Positions 23,254 to 38,084 of a DNA stretch of 64,000 bases are shown piece by piece (position 1 is the first letter of the stretch; every line of letters begins with the position of its first letter). The notes beneath the pieces are model-generated. The model saw only the letters and a program-made list of their open reading frames with translations, searched no databases and was not told the DNA's origin. The position numbers were made by a program, and so were the translations under genes. Origin of the DNA: Takakia lepidozioides (taxonomy: Eukaryota; Plantae; Bryophyta); contig CM060733.1 of NCBI GenBank assembly GCA_030704615.1, positions 31,434,001-31,498,000 on the forward strand, given 5' to 3'.

Positions 23254-26200
23254 CACTACAACAGACCAATTAAGAAAGAAGCTTGGTCTAAGTAACATGA
23301 AACCAGCCCCATTTACAGTAACAATGGCAGATCAAAGAAGTGTACAGCCATTGGGATTAATAAGAGGAGTTAAGATACAGATACAGAAGATGATCTTTAT
23401 GATCACAGTAACTGTGTTGAAGATGGATGAAGTCATGGAGGCTTACTCCTTATTATTGGGACGTCCGTGGCTGAAACAGGCCAGGGTATTCCATGACTGG
23501 AATTCTTAGTTACTAACCGTGCATAATGGGATACACGAGATACAAATTACCACAAAGAAATCTAGTAGATTACCTGCTACGAAAAGACCTCGAGGGGTCA
23601 GAGAGTATGACTGGAGAGGAGGACTGGATGAGGAGCAGGAAGCTACCTTGTTTGCAGCACACCCAGAGTGGGAACAGGTTGCAGAGATGCGGCTGGAAAG
23701 CCTAAGTTGTTTAAGAGGTATCTGCTGTGGTGTAGTGTTAGCAACACCAACTGAAGAGGAAACCAGCAGTTACCCATCACATTTCTATGAAGAAAGAGAA
23801 GGAGAAATGGAAATCCTAGAGGAACCAGCCACTGTGAGTTTACAGGATGAAGTGGTGACTGGTTGGACAATCACAGCTGATGAGCAGGTAAGGGAAGTGA
23901 ATGTGGGAACTAAAGAGGAACCGAGGATGGTGAAGGTAGGAGCTGATTTGGAGCCAGAATTCTTTGAAGAAGCTAAGAGCTTGTTCATCAAATACAGAGA
24001 TGTATTTGCTTGGAGCTATGAGGATCTAAAAGGGATACCACCTGAAATCTGTCAGCATAAGATTGAACTGGAACCAGGGTCAGTACCAATCAAGCAGACA
24101 AGGTACAGAATGAATCCCAACTACGCACAAAAGGTTGGAGAAGAGATCAAGAAGTTGGTTGAGGCTAAGTTTATATACCCAATAGAGTATACAACTTGGT
24201 TGTCACCATTGTAATAGTTCCCAAGAAGAATGGTAAACTAAGAGTATGTGTGAACTACAAGAAGCTGAATGCTTGTACGAAGAGAGATCCTTTCCCTTTG
24301 TCATTCACAGAAGCAGTATTGGACACTGTGGCAGGCCATGAGATGTACTCATTCATGGATGGCTTCAGTGGTTATAATCAAGTGCAAGTGGCAGAAGAAG
24401 ATCAAGGAAAAACAGCTTTCATCACAGACTGGGGTGCTTATGCATACAAAGTCATGCCCTTTGGACTTTGTAATGCACCAGCAACCTTTCAGAGAGTGAT
24501 AAGTGAATCTTTTCATGAGTATCTGGATGATTTCATGCAGGTGTTCTTGGATGATTTCAGTGTGTACAGCTCTAAGAATGAGCACTTGCATAAATTGGAG
24601 TTATGTCTGGTCAGATGCAGGATGAGAGGTCTGGGCCTGAATCCAAAGAAGTGTACTTTCTGTGTGAACTCAGGGGTGCTTCTGGGACACATTGTGTGTA
24701 AGAGGGGACTTCTTGTGGATCCCAGGAAGACAGAGGCCATTAAAGCCTCTCCACCACCAGTGAATGTTAAGAGTCTAAGGAGATTCCTTGGGCAAACCAG
24801 TTATTACAGAAGATTTGTCAAAAGGTATGCACAAATAGCAGCACCATTGAGCAAGCTTCTGAAGAAAGATGCAGTGTTTGCATGGACAGCTGAATGTCAA
24901 CAGGCTTTTGAGGAACTTACACTGTCAGTAACAACTACACTGTGCTGATTAACCCTCACTGGCATGTAGTATTTCATGTTCACTGTGATGCCTCAGAAGA
25001 AGCGTTGGGAGCGGTGTTAGCCCAGAATGTTACAGGAAATATAGATTCACTTGTGTACTATGCTAGCAGGTTGATGAACAGTGCTGAAAGGAACTATAGC
25101 ACAACTGAAAGAAAGCACTGACAATGATTTATGCAGTCAAGAAATTCAGGCATTACCTATTGGGAAGAAAGTTTATGTTTTATGTGGATCACCAGGCTCT
25201 GATATATCTAGTGAACAAACCTTTGATAAGTGGAAGGATAGCGAGGTGGTTAATAAGTCTTGCATGAGTTTGAGTTCGAAGTTGTTTACAAGCCTGGCCG
25301 TTTGCATCTTGTGGCAGATCATTGTCACGACTAACAGCAGGAGAGGCCGCCACAGGAGTAGACGATCATTACCTGATGCGAGTTTGTTGTAATGGAGGTG
25401 CAAGGAAGTGCAGATGAATGGTTAGATTGGCAGTGGCCAATCAGATACTACCTTACTCATGGTCAATGCCCACCTAGTTATGGTAAGGAGCAGAGGAAGA
25501 GATCGCTATCAAAGCTTTACCTTATACTATGGTAGGAAGCAGAATGTATAAGCTAGGACCTGATGGAGTACTAAAACGATGCTTGTACCACCATGAAGTA
25601 AATAAAGTTTTGGAGGAAGTTCATAAAGGAGTGGCTGGAGGTCATTTGGAGAAGAGACTACCAGTAGGAAGATACTACTCGCAGGTTACTAGTGACCTAC
25701 TTTGTTCAAAGATGGTACACAAGTATTGTCAGAGTTGTGATGAATGTCAGAGGCTAGGACTTTGCAGAGATCTAGAAGGATGGCCTTGCATCCTACAATG
25801 CCTACGGAACCATTTCAGAAATGGGGACTAGACTTTGTTGGACCGATTAACCCACCAGCCAAGAATACACGGAACAGGTACATAATTACAGCCACTGATT
25901 ATACTACGAAGTGGGTGGAAGCTAAAGCTTTGAGGGACAACACAGCCAAGTCCACAGCAAGGCTCCTGTATGAGAACATACTTACACGATTTGGATGTCC
26001 CTTGGAATTTATCAGTGATCAGGGAAGTCACTTCATTAATGAGACCATTGAATTATTGACTAAAGAGTTCATGATTGTGCATAGGAAGAGTACAACATAT
26101 TACCCACAGGGTAATGGGCAGGCAGAGGCTACCAACAAAATACTATGTACTATCTTGACTAAGATAGTCAATGCAAACAGAACGGATTGGGATACAAAGC

Positions 26201-26735
26201 TGCTGACAGCTTTGTGGTCATACATGACTTCATATAAAGTCACCACTAAGTATACACCATTCCAATTAGTTTATGGTATGGAAGCTTACTTCCAGTGGAA
26301 TTCCTGTTACCTACCATGAGAACGGAAGGGGGAAAGAGAATGGAATTGCAAGATTCCATTAAGGTCAAGAAACATGAATTATACCATGTGGAAGAAGTAC
26401 GTGCTGATGCAGCTGATAATATGACCAGAATTCAGATGAAGAGGAAGGAACAGTTTGATGAAGGCAAGTTAAAGACTTTTAAGACGGGAGATTTGGTTCT
26501 ATGGTTGCAGAAGAAGGGAAAGATTAAAGCTTCTAAGCTTAAATCACCATGGAAAGGACCTTATGTCATACAAAAGATGTATGATAACAAACACCGTCAT
26601 GTTACAAACCTTAACAAAGAGATGCTGGGAAGAGTCAATGCTAATAAGTTGAAGGGGTACAGTGGTATCCATGACAAGCATTGCAGCATGATTTGCATGT
26701 TGAAAACGCAAAAAGCAGTCACGGGCTGCCAGTGA
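23254..26735 (+). pseudogene. pol: Gypsy pol (protease, RT, RNaseH, integrase) with multiple frameshifts and stops
   Basis: LLLGRPWL (protease); LRVCVNYKKLN, DGFSGYNQV, MPFGLCNAPATFQR, FLDD (RT); WGLDFVGP, SDQGSHF (integrase); SPWKGPY. Confidence 0.95.
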
Positions 26736-26804
26736 TACCAACGGAGTATAGAGCACTTGTCGCTAGGCCGAGCATATATGACCAGGGCGGGGCAGAACAA
26801 GTGC

Positions 26805-27105
26805 GGACACAGCCTATCACAGCCCATCACGGCGCGACACAGCCTATCACAGCTCATCACGGCGCGACACAGCCTATCACAGCCCATCAAGGCGCGACAC
26901 AGCCTATCACAGCCCATCACGGCGCGACACAGCCTATCATAGCCCAGCACGGAGCCATACAGCCTATCACAACCTACCACAGCGTGTCACGGCCTATCAC
27001 AGCGTACCACAGCGTGTCACAGCCTATCACAGTTTACCACAGTGCAATACAGCGTATCACGGCGTACCACAGTATGACACAGCCTGTCACAGCTCAACAC
27101 AGCCT
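26805..27105 (+). repeat. 30-bp tandem repeat ACAGCCTATCACAGCCCATCACGGCGCGAC
   Basis: At least 4 near-perfect 30-mers followed by degenerate copies. Confidence 0.93.
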
Positions 27106-27762
27106 ACTAGGGTTACACAATCCATAGAATCAGTGACAGGTGGGATGCAGGATAACTTCAGGGAAATGGCTGCAGAAGAAGAAAGAAAGACGGAAGCCAG
27201 TTAGAAAGGGACACGTGGAAGTCAGGGCGCAACACATAGCTTGAGAAGGAAGTGCGAAGAACGGATGTCATCAAGAAAGCGGACAAAGAATGGCGTCAAA
27301 ATACCTAATTAAGCACATCAATTCGGATGAATGGGGGCCCATTAATGATACAAAACAAGGGCAACAGAACAATCGGCAAGTACAGAAAAGCGAAAATCTT
27401 GTCACATGTGTTATCCTATGGACAGTCCAGCAGGGAAAATCCACTAAAGAAAATTAAATCTAAAATCCAGTCACAACGGTTACAGCCAATCAAAAGCCAT
27501 AAAATGGATCAAGAAATTGGAGGGAATTTAAGCGCAATAGTCGGCGTCGTTCTAAGTAACGGGCGTCTCGCCGGACCAAACCATCAATGCTATAGCTTTG
27601 AAGCTATGGGGAAATAACAGACTATACGCTCGCATATAATTTACGAACCCAGTGGCATGAGACGAAAAGAAGCAACAAAGCGGATCTTTTCTCTGATTCG
27701 ATGATTGCAAGCCCCGCAGGCTTACAGAAGTACCCATAGCTTTTTGTGGCAACCATACTTTT

Positions 27763-30480
27763 ATGCTTTGTGCCCTGCAGGCATTTCTTCAATTGTTACA
27801 GCCAAAACATTTCTGTGGGTCTAGAATGCAGAGAGTGAGCGGAATGGAAGAAATCAAGGTGAAGAGCACCACAATCCTACAGAAACAGACCATTGCTACT
27901 CCAGAGGCGGTAAAGTTACTGAATGAGCTCCGATTGGAGGGAGTGCAAAGCAAAGATTGGACATGCACCTAGAACAGTACATGTTACAATTCTTGCAGAA
28001 CTTTGAGCCAAAGGACAGGAGCAACAACGGTGAGGGAGTTGAAAGTAATTACTCCCCTCTACCTACAGCAATTGTTTCGATTGCCAGCAGGTCAGGTGCT
28101 GTGGAGGAGCACAGGGCACTGCAAATAGGGGACTTATTCCAAGAAGAGAGTTTCTTTAAAACTCAAGGTTACTGATTGTACCAAGGCCGTGTACCCAGGG
28201 CTAAGGGAGGTAGGCCAGGTATTGAACGTCTGTTTGCCATGAAACATGAACCAACAATATTTTGAGCAGATCCTTCACAGAAGAAGAAGGACAGGCTCCA
28301 CACATGCCCACTCTCACCATAAGAGAATCAGCCTCATTTGCTTCATGTCTTGCACCCACAAACCTGAAAATACAAGCTTCAGCAGGCTGAAAGCAATGCT
28401 CCACATGCCCTATGGGAAACCACGCCCATTCCCTTCCTTTTTCAATTGGCCAAGGAACAATGATTGAGGCATGCCTCGCACAAGACCACTGCACAAAGCA
28501 CATAAGCAACAGCTATACCAAATGCAGGTGAAGCATGAAAGCAAGTTGCAGAAGTGAATGCACTACATATGGAGTTGCAGACAGTGCATGACAGGATGGC
28601 CATACAATGTGCTACACTCACAAACTATGCTGACCAATCTACAAAAGAAATAAACAGTCAAGAGGAAAGGATGTACGAAGGCAGAGGAAGAGAATGTTTG
28701 AGCAAATGAAACTCATTGTCGATATGAAGAATACAATCTGTCGCAATGAGGATACTTTCAAGCAATACAGGCAGGTTGAAGCTGACCAAGAGAGGTACAT
28801 TCTGGAGTTGCAACAAACGGTCATGGCCAATAGAAATGAAATCTCGGTCACTAACAAGGCTTGGAAGGAAGCCAATAATCTGCTTGCTGCCTATGCGAAT
28901 TTGGTTGAACCTCATGCGAAGCACATGGAGGCTTTACAACAGCAATTAGATGTGTACAAACTCAGAGGAGGAGCACACTCTCAGAGGAACCACAAGCAAC
29001 TTGGTGGATAACCACCTTATGCAGGTCTGGTTAGCACAAGGGCCAGTGGAGGGCAAAGCACCACGAAAGCTCACCCAAAGCGAGATGAATGAGCTCAGGC
29101 TGCAAGTGCAGAACATTGCCACAACTACTACAGAGAATGTCTATAGTAGGATAGCGGAGTTACAGGAGGATGTAGACGGCCTGCAGACTCAAGTGGAGGA
29201 CCTCACTTCAAATATCGACAAGAGAGTCTGTATACCTGAGGAACAGCTAATGGCTTCTTATTGACAAGCCAGAACCTTGGCTTTTCAGTCTTATTCACAG
29301 GAGGTGCAGGAGATGCCAATGGTACAAGAGCCAGTGCCACCAACACCACAACAAGTCATTGTGCCAGTAGCTGACCCTGTTGTTACTACAGCCACAACCA
29401 CAAGCACCACGGCCTGAGGTATGGGGAATGCTGCTTTTAACCCACCTAAAACTCCAGCTGCAAGGGAGTACAATAGGGCTATGATTATGCCCTTCAACCA
29501 AATTCCCATTATGTTGGATTTGGCTTGGAAAGAATTTAGTCCTCCAGTCATGGGCACATTACTATCAAATCATGCGCATTTGGCTGCCAGTGGCAACTAG
29601 GACTAAAGTTCTTCCGAACAATCGACCAATTGAGGATCATCACTTTGCACAGTACTGGCATGAGGCAGGTACCATGTTGAAGGAATTAATCGCCTTCCAA
29701 GTTGTACATGGATTCATTTATACCAAGACCAAGGAGGTAGCAAGTATTGTCATGGGATGCGGGTTATACTACGCTGCTTGTTTTCTGGTACGTTATCACA
29801 TTGAGCAGCAGAAGATGCAATCGCGCTTTTGAGTTATTCCAGTGGGGATCATTGGGTCTTACCTTCAGTGCCACCTCATATGTACCTATATGAGGCAAAA
29901 GTTATGATGCAAAAGGATTCTCAAATTCGTTCATGGTTTCATGCGGCCTGGAACATTTGTCAACACAGAAATTCGGCCCTGACGATATTTTCTTTAAAGG
30001 ACATGAGGCATGGAAATACTTGCACAATTCACAGGTCATTAGTACCCCACTCACTTGGACAGACAAGGAGCTCAGGGTCTTCACCAATTTTACCATTCAG
30101 CTTTACAGCAAGTTTTAAAGTTTAAACTTCCAGACATTGTAGGTAGGACAACATTGTATGCCCCAGAGGATTCCACAAAAAGTCGGCAGTTAAAACACCT
30201 GAGAGGCGATGAGGATTCTGATACAACTGTTTCTTCAACGGACTCTTTTGACATGGGAGACGACTATGCAATTCAGATGGCAGAGAAGAAACGACAGGGG
30301 TCTCCTATGCTTGAAAGGTTACCTCGATATCAGCCTCCAGAGGGCCTTACATATCCAGGGAATGTTCAATCATCTCCGTCAACCAGTGACAGACCACGGG
30401 CTCGTACACAGAGTCCGACACGAAACTCTCAACGTCAGCAAGGTGCTCGCTCACAAAGGTTTGCTAATTCTAATCAGTAA
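27763..30480 (+). pseudogene. Gypsy additional 3' ORF (copy 2), fragmented
   Basis: Homologous to 2341-5341 and continues to the stop at 30480 just before the PPT. Confidence 0.75.
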
Positions 30481-30501
30481 ACCGTGAGGACACGACTTTT
30501 T

Positions 30502-30515
30502 GAGAGGGGAAGGGG
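30502..30515 (+). promoter_or_regulatory. Polypurine tract
   Basis: GAGAGGGGAAGGGG three bases before the LTR TG. Confidence 0.8.
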
Positions 30516-30518
30516 TAA

Positions 30519-31547
30519 TGTTGGAGGACTGTCTAGGACTTAGATACTTTTACGGGATCTGTGGGGGACCCTTAATTTTTGCACAGACTGAGACCAACAG
30601 GAGCCTTAGGGGTGACAGCAGCGCACTTTAGGGGGGGTTACACAGCTCGTCACAGTCTGACACAGCTCGTCACAGCCAACACAGCCCGTCACAGTCCGAC
30701 ACAGCTCGTCACAGCCAACACAGCCCGTCACAGTCTGAAACAGCCGACATAGCCAGTCACAGCTCGACACAGCTGACACAGTCTAACACAGTCGCACAGC
30801 CAGTCAAAGCTTGACACAGCTGTCACGACCATAGGGAACGGATAGCAGGACAGGGAACGACTGCGGGGAATAACATCTGCGAATGGAACATGTTAGTTCA
30901 CGGGTGACGGTTAGTGAGGGAAACGGTTAGAACAACGGGTAGGAAGATAAAACGAGGAGCGAGGACTGGAAAGGGATCACTTCTTGGGGAAATCACTGCT
31001 GGAAGGAGGGGGGAATCACTTCTTGGGGGAATCACTGTTGGAAAGAGGGGGGAAGCACTTCTTGGGGGGACTTTGGACATCACTGGAGGAAATGAGACAG
31101 AGAGCGTAGCTCTGAGCAGAAAGAGGGAGAGCACGGAGTAGGAGAGGACGATCTGTTGATGCTTAATGAATGCAGGCAGTAGAATTGTAATGTAGAGTAG
31201 ATTAGAGACTCCATGGCTTCAGCCTGATACTTGATAGATATTAATCTGATACACACTTCATACTCACACTGGGTAGAGAGATCTGAGTGAAGCTGTGGAA
31301 TGAATTGATGAGTTGATTGAATCCGATCGATTGCTTGAAGCAAACTGATACTTAAATACCAACAGTAAGGTAACTAGCTACATGAATGCGGGAAGGAAAA
31401 CAAATAGGGAACACCCCCATGATACACTAGCTGTAGGTCATGACTGATTGTTCTGAGCGGGCTGAGTGCTTAGAGGTTTCCAACTCTTCTATCTTGGAGT
31501 TTCCGCCTCGGATAGCGAAGGGATGGGTGAGTATAAGCCGCGCGACA
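30519..31547 (+). repeat. Gypsy 3' LTR (TG…CA, about 1.03 kb) with internal CACAGC repeats
   Basis: TGTTGGAGG…GCGCGACA; inverted homolog at 32667-33793. Confidence 0.9.
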
Positions 31548-32666
31548 GTCCATTACCCTGTGGGTAATATGTTGTACTCTTCCTATGCACAATCATGAAC
31601 TCTTTAGTCAATAATTCAATGGTCTCATTAATGAAGTGACTTCCCTGATCACTGGTGATAAATTCCAATGGACATCCAAATCGTGTAAGTATGTTCTTAT
31701 ACAGGAAACCTTGCTGTGGACTTGGCTGGTTGTCCCTCAAAGCTTTAGCTTCCACCCACTTCGTAGTATAATCAGTGGCTGTATGTAATTGTGTACCTGT
31801 TCTGTGTATTCTTGGCTGGTGGGTTAATTGGTCCAACAAAGTCTAGTCCCCATTTCTGAAATGGTTCCGTAGGCATTGTAGGATGCAAAGCCATCTTCCC
31901 AGATCTCTGCAAAGGTCCTAGCCTCTGACATTCATCACAACTCTGACAATACTTGTGTACATCTTGAATAAAGTAGGCCACCAGTAACCTGCATGTAGTA
32001 TCTTCCTACTGGTAGTCTCTTCTCCAAAATGACCTCCTGCCACTCCTTTATGAACTTCCTCCAGAACTTTATTAACTTCATGGTGGTATAAGCATCGCTT
32101 CAGCATTCCATCTGGTCCTAGCTTATACATTCTGCTCCCTACCATAGTGTAAGGTAGAGCCTTGATAGCAATTCTCTTTCTCTACTCCTTTCCATAACTT
32201 GGTGGGCACTGACCATGAGCAAGGTAGTATCTGATTGGCCACTGCCAATCTAACCATTCATCTGCACTTCCTTGCACCTTCATTGCAAATAAACTCGCAT
32301 CAGGCAATTGGTCGTCTACTCCTGTGGCGGCCTCTCCTGTTGTTAGGCGTGACAAATGATCTGCCACAAGACGCAAACGGCCAGGCTTGTAAACAACTTC
32401 GAACTCAACACTCGTGCAGATTATTAACCACCTCGCTATCCTTCCACTTATCAAAGGTTTGTTCACTAGATATATCAGAGCCTGGTGATCCACATAAAAC
32501 ATAAACTTTCTTCCCAATAGGTAATGCCTGAATTTCTTGACTGCATAAATCATTGCTAGTGCTTTTCTTTAAGTTGTGCTATAGTTCCTTTCAGCACTGT
32601 TCATCAACCTGCTAGCATAGTACACAGGTGAATCGATATTTCCTGTAACCTTTTGGGCTAACACCA
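31548..32666 (-). pseudogene. pol: Gypsy pol fragment (RNaseH-integrase) of a third copy, bounded by two LTR ends
   Basis: Reverse complement of about 25015-26120; ORFs 32182-32553, 31918-32145 and 31489-31839. Confidence 0.9.
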
Positions 32667-33793
32667 TGTCGCGCGGCTTTTACTCACCCATCCCTTCGCT
32701 ATCCGAGGCGGGAACTCCAAGATAGAAGAGTTGGAAATCTCTAAGCACTCAGCCCGCTCAGAACAATCAGTCATGACCTACAGCTAGTGTATCATGGGGA
32801 GTTTTCCTATTTGTTTCCTTCCCGCATTCATGTTAGCTAGTTACCTTACTGTTGGTATTTAAGTATCAGTTTGCTTCAGCAATCTATCGGATTCCATCAA
32901 CTCATCCATTCATTCCACAGCTTCACTCAGATCCTTACACCGTGTGAGTATGAAGTATGTATCAGATTAATATCTATCAATATCAGGCTTGAAGCCATGG
33001 AGTCTCTAATCTGCTCTACATTACAACTCTACTGCTTGCATTCATCAAGCATCAACAGATCGTTCTCCTCCTTCTTCGTGCTCTCCCTCTTTCGGCTCAG
33101 AGATGCGCTCTCTGCTTCATTTCCCCCAGTGATGTCCGAAGTCCGGCCCCCAAGAAGTGATCCCCCAGAATTGATTCTTTTCCAGTCCTCGCTCCTAGCT
33201 TTATCTTCCTACCCGTTGTTCTAACCGTTTCCCTCACTAACCGTCATCCGTAAACTAACATGTTCTATTCGCAGATGTTGTTCCCCACAGTCGTTCCATG
33301 TCCTGCTATCCGTTCCCTATGGTCGTGACAGCTGTGTCAGCTGAGACTGGCTGTGGAAACTGTGACGGCTGTGGTTGTGTGACGGCTGTGTCGGCCTGAC
33401 TGGTTGTGCGACTGGTTGGGCTGTGTCGGCTGTGTCGAGCTGTGTGACTGGCTGTTGCGACTGTGTGGGCTGTGTCGGCTGTGTCGAGCTGGGACTGGCT
33501 GTGCGACTGTGTCGGGCTGGATGGGCTTGGTTGTGGATGTGTTGGCTGCTGTGTCGGACTGTGACGGGCTGTGTTGGGCTGTGACGGGCTGTGTTGGCTG
33601 TGACGGGCTGTGTCGGACTGTGACGAGGCTGTGAGGGGCTGTGTCGGACTGAACGAGCTATGTTGCTGTAAACCCCCCCCCTAAAGTGCGCTGCTGTCAC
33701 CCCTAAGGCTCCTGTTGGTCTCAGTCTGTGCAAAAATTAGGGTACTCCCACAGATCCTGTAAAAGTGTCTAAGTCCCAGACAGTCCTCTAACA
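32667..33793 (-). repeat. Gypsy 3' LTR (minus strand)
   Basis: TGTCGCGCGG…CCTCTAACA is the reverse-complement homolog of 30519-31547. Confidence 0.9.
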
Positions 33794-33834
33794 TTACCCC
33801 TCCCCCTCTCAGAAAGCCGTGTCCTCACGGTTTA

Positions 33835-36800
33835 CTATTTGGGATTAGCAAACCTTTGTGAGCGAGCACCCTTCTGACGTTGAGAGTCTCGTGAAGGACT
33901 ATGTATGCGAGCCCGAGGTCTGTCACTGGTTGATGGAGATGATTCAACACTACCTGGAATGTGAGGCCCTCTAGAGGCTGATATCGAGGTGGTATCTTTC
34001 AGGCAAAAGGGACCCCCGTCGCTTCTTCTCTGCCATCTGAATGCATAGTCTTCTCCCATGTCAAAAGAATCCGCTGAAGAAACAGTTGTATCAGAATCCC
34101 CATCGCCTCTCAGGTGTTTCAACTGCCGAACTTTTTGTGGAATCCTCTGGGGCATACAATGTTGTCCTACCATGTCTGGAAGTTTAAACTGCAAAACTTG
34201 CTGTAAACGCTGAATCGCAAAATTGGTGAAGACCCTGAGCTCCTTGTCTGTCCAGGTGAGTGGTGGGGTACCAATGACTTGTGAATTGTGCAAGTATTTC
34301 CATGCCTCATGTCCCTTAAAGAAAATGTCGTCAGGGCCGAATTTCTGTGTTGACAAATTGTTCCAGACCGCATGAAACCATGAACGAATTTGAGAATTTT
34401 TTTGCATCATAACTTTTGCCTCATATAGGTACATATGAGGTGGCACTGAAGGTAAGACCCAATGATCCCCACTGGAATAACTCATAAAGCGCGTTTGCAT
34501 CTTCTGCTGCTCAATGTGATAACGTACCAGAAAACAAGCAGCGTAGTATAACCCGCAGCCCATGACAATACTTGCTACCTCTTTGGTCTTGGTATAAATG
34601 ATCCATGTACAACTTGGAAGGCAATTAATTCCTTCAACATGGTACTTGCCTCATGCCAGTACTGTGCAAAGTGATGATCCTCAATTGGTCGATTGTTCGG
34701 AAGAACTTTAGTCCTAGTGGCCACTGGCAGCAAAATGCGCATGATTTGATAGTAATGTGCCAATGACTGCGGAGGACTAAATTCTTTCCAAGCCAAATCC
34801 AACACAATGGGAATTTGGTTGAAGGGCATAATCATAGCCCTACTGTACTCCCGTGCAGCTGGAGTTTTAGGTGGGTTTAAAAGCAGCATTCCCCCATACC
34901 TCAGGCTATGGTGGCTGTGGTGTGGCTGTAGTAACAACAGGGTCAGCTACTGGCACAGTGACTTGCTTGTGGTGTTGGTGCACTGGCTCTTGTACCATTG
35001 GCACTCCTGCACCCTGTGAAGAAGACTGAAAAGCCAAAGTTCTCGCTTGTAAATAAGAAGCCATTAGCTGTTCCTTAGGTACACAGACTCTCTTGTCGAT
35101 ATTTGAAGTGAGGTCCTCCACTTGAGTCTGCAGGCCGTCTACATCCTCCTGTAACTCCGCTATCCTACTATAGACATTGTCTATAGTAGTTGTGGCAATG
35201 TTCTGCACTTGCAGTCTGAGCTCATTCATCTCGCTTTGGGTGAGGCTTTCGTGGTGCTTTGCCCTCCACTGGCCCTTGTGCTAACTAGACCTGCATAAGG
35301 TCCACCAAGTTGCTTGTGGCACCCATGAGAGTCTGCTCCTCTGTGAGCCTGTACACTATCTATCTGCTGCTTTAAAGCCTCCATACGCTTGCATGAGGTT
35401 CAACCAAACTCGCATAGGCAGCAGCCAGATTATTGGCTTCCTTCCAAGCCTTGTTAGCCACAGAGAGTTCATTTCTATTGGACATGAGTGTTTGTTGCAA
35501 ACTCAAGGATGTACCTCTCTTGGTCAGCTTCAACCTGCCTGTATTGCTTGAAAGTACTCTCATTGCGACAGATTGTATTCTTCATATCGACAATGAGTTT
35601 CACTTGCTCAACATTCTCTGCCTCTGCCTTCGTACATCTTTCGCTTGACTGTTTATTTCTATTGTACTTTGGTCAAGCCATAGTTGTGAGTGTAACACAT
35701 TGTATGGCCATCCTGTCATGCACTGTCTGCAACTCCGTATGTAGTGCATTCACTTCTTGCAACTTGCTTTCATGCTTCACCTGCATTTGGTATAGCTGTT
35801 GCTTATGTGCTTCGTGCAACTGGTCTTGCGCGAGGCCTGCCTCAATCAATTGTTCCTTGGCCAATTGCAAAGCCGCTTCTGTACTCTCTAAAGTCTTGCT
35901 GCATCTTGAGAGTGACCTCTTCATCGACCTTGTTTGCACACTCAGTGGCAAGTCGAGCCTCAAACTCCTTCCTGAGTTCCTCCCTCAAAGCTGCGAATTG
36001 GGAAGTTGGAACATGGGATTTGACATAAGTACCCACAAAAAGTGTCCTGCTTATGGAACTCATAAGCATGGCCTGTTGAGGGTCATCATGGGGCTTGCTG
36101 CTGTTCTCCCTGATCCTCAACAGTGTGATGCCTCACGAACCACTCAGGCCATTGCCCCACCACATTTTCTTCCTGACCACTTCATCCGTACTGGTGCTAC
36201 AGTGTCTTGACATTCTACCTGTGGTACCTCTGTCACAGGTGGTGTATTATATGCACCGCAGGGTTTCCCCTGGACAACCGTTGCACCTCCGGAATCATGT
36301 TTCCTTGACCAGACCAAAATATCATAGAGAAGGTCCCCCTTCTCAATTTCTGCCACCACCTGTTCTGTAGTGGGAATATCTAAACCTTCTTTCTCCAAAT
36401 CAATTATTTCTGGTGGAACTGCATGGACAACTTGTGGTAACTCTGTGACAAGCGATCATCTGGCTGTGTGATGGCTGTGTGATACTGAAGTAACTTCCTC
36501 TCCCTCTCTGAAGGTCCCGCTTCCAATAATAGCAGTTCTCTGTGGTGCTGTGCCCCTTCCTGCACAAGAGCTTGGGAAACATTATCATGCGGATTCCGTG
36601 AAGCCAGTGGATCCGCCACTACAGTCTTTTCCCGCCTCTGTTTCTTAGTCTGGGGTTGCCCTGCCAGTCCACCCTCACTGTGTGAAGAGCCTTGCTCTTC
36701 CATTGCAGTGGTTTCAGTCTCAAACACTCCCATCTCCTTTCTTTCTCGAGCATCAAGTATGCCAGAATCAAGAATTATTTGAGCAATGATTGGGCCAGAC

Positions 36801-37592
36801 ACTATGATAGGAGACATTGCGGCAGTGCCCTGTAATCTTTTCATCTCCTCTACCAGTGCGTTGTACATTATGTCCGCCCATTCTACCTCTTCTCCTCTCA
36901 GGGCTTTGAGTATTTCCTCTGTGAAGGATCTGCTCAAATACTGTTGGTTCTGTTTCATGGCAAACAGAACGTTCAATACCTGGCCTACCTCCCTTAGCCC
37001 TGGGTACATGGCCTTGGTACAAGCATAACCCTGAGTTTTAAAGAAACTCCCTTCTTGGAATAAGTCCCTATTTGCAGTCTTGCCCTGTGCTCCTCCACAT
37101 GCACCTGACCTGCTGGCAATCGAAACAATTGCTGTAGGTATAGGGGAGTAATTTCTAATTCAACTCCCTTCACCGTTGTTGCTCCTGTCCTAGGCTCAAA
37201 GTTCTGCAAGAATTGTAACATGTACTGTCTATGGTGCAATGTCCAATCTTTGTTGCAATCCTTGCAATCGCAGCTCCTTCAGTAACTTACCGCCTGTGGA
37301 GTAGCAAATCGTTTGTTTCTGCAGGATTGTGGTGCTCTTCACCCTGATTTCTTCCATTCCTCTCACTCTCTTCATTCTAGACCCACAGAAAGGTTTTGGC
37401 TGTAACAATTGAAGAAATGCCTGCAGGGCACAAAGCATAAACGTATGGTTGCCACAAAAAAGCTATGGGTAATTTCTTGTAAGCCTGCGGGGCTTGCAAG
37501 CATCGATTAAGAGAAAAAATCCGCTCTGTTCTTCCGTGCCTATGCCACTGCGTAAGTAATATTGCGAGCGTATAGTCTGTTAGTTCCTCCAT
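33835..37592 (-). pseudogene. Gypsy additional 3' ORF (copy 4), fragmented
   Basis: Minus-strand ORFs homologous to the extra ORF of copies 1 and 2. Confidence 0.75.
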
Positions 37593-38084
37593 AGCTTCAA
37601 AGCTATAGCATTGATGGTTTGTCCCGTCGAGACGCCCGTTACTTAGAACGACGCCGACTCTTGCGCTTAAATTCCCTCCAATTTCTTGATCCCTTTTCTG
37701 GCTTTCGATTGGCTGTAACCACTGTGACTGGATTTTAGATTTAATTTTCTTTAGTGAACTTTCCTGCTGGACTGTCCACTAGGATAACACATGTGACAAG
37801 AATTTCGCTTTTCTGTACTTGCCGTTTGTTCTGTTGCCCCTTTTCCGTATTCATTAATGGGCCCGCCATCATCCGAATTGACGTGCTAAGTAGGTACTTT
37901 GACGGCCATTCTTGTCCTCTTTCTTGAACACCTGTTCTTGCACTTCCTCTGAGCTGTTGTGTCGCGCCCTGACTTCCACGTGTCCATTTCTAAACTGGCT
38001 CCGTCCTTTCTTCCGCCGGCCATTTCCCTGAAGTTATCATGCGTCCACCTGTCACTGATTCTATGGATTATGTAACCTTAGTAG

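Larger units (their letters stand above)
23254..31547 (+). mobile_element. Ty3/Gypsy copy 2 (protease through 3' LTR)
   Basis: Order PR-RT-RH-IN, then extra ORF, PPT and LTR ending CGCGACA. Confidence 0.93.
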
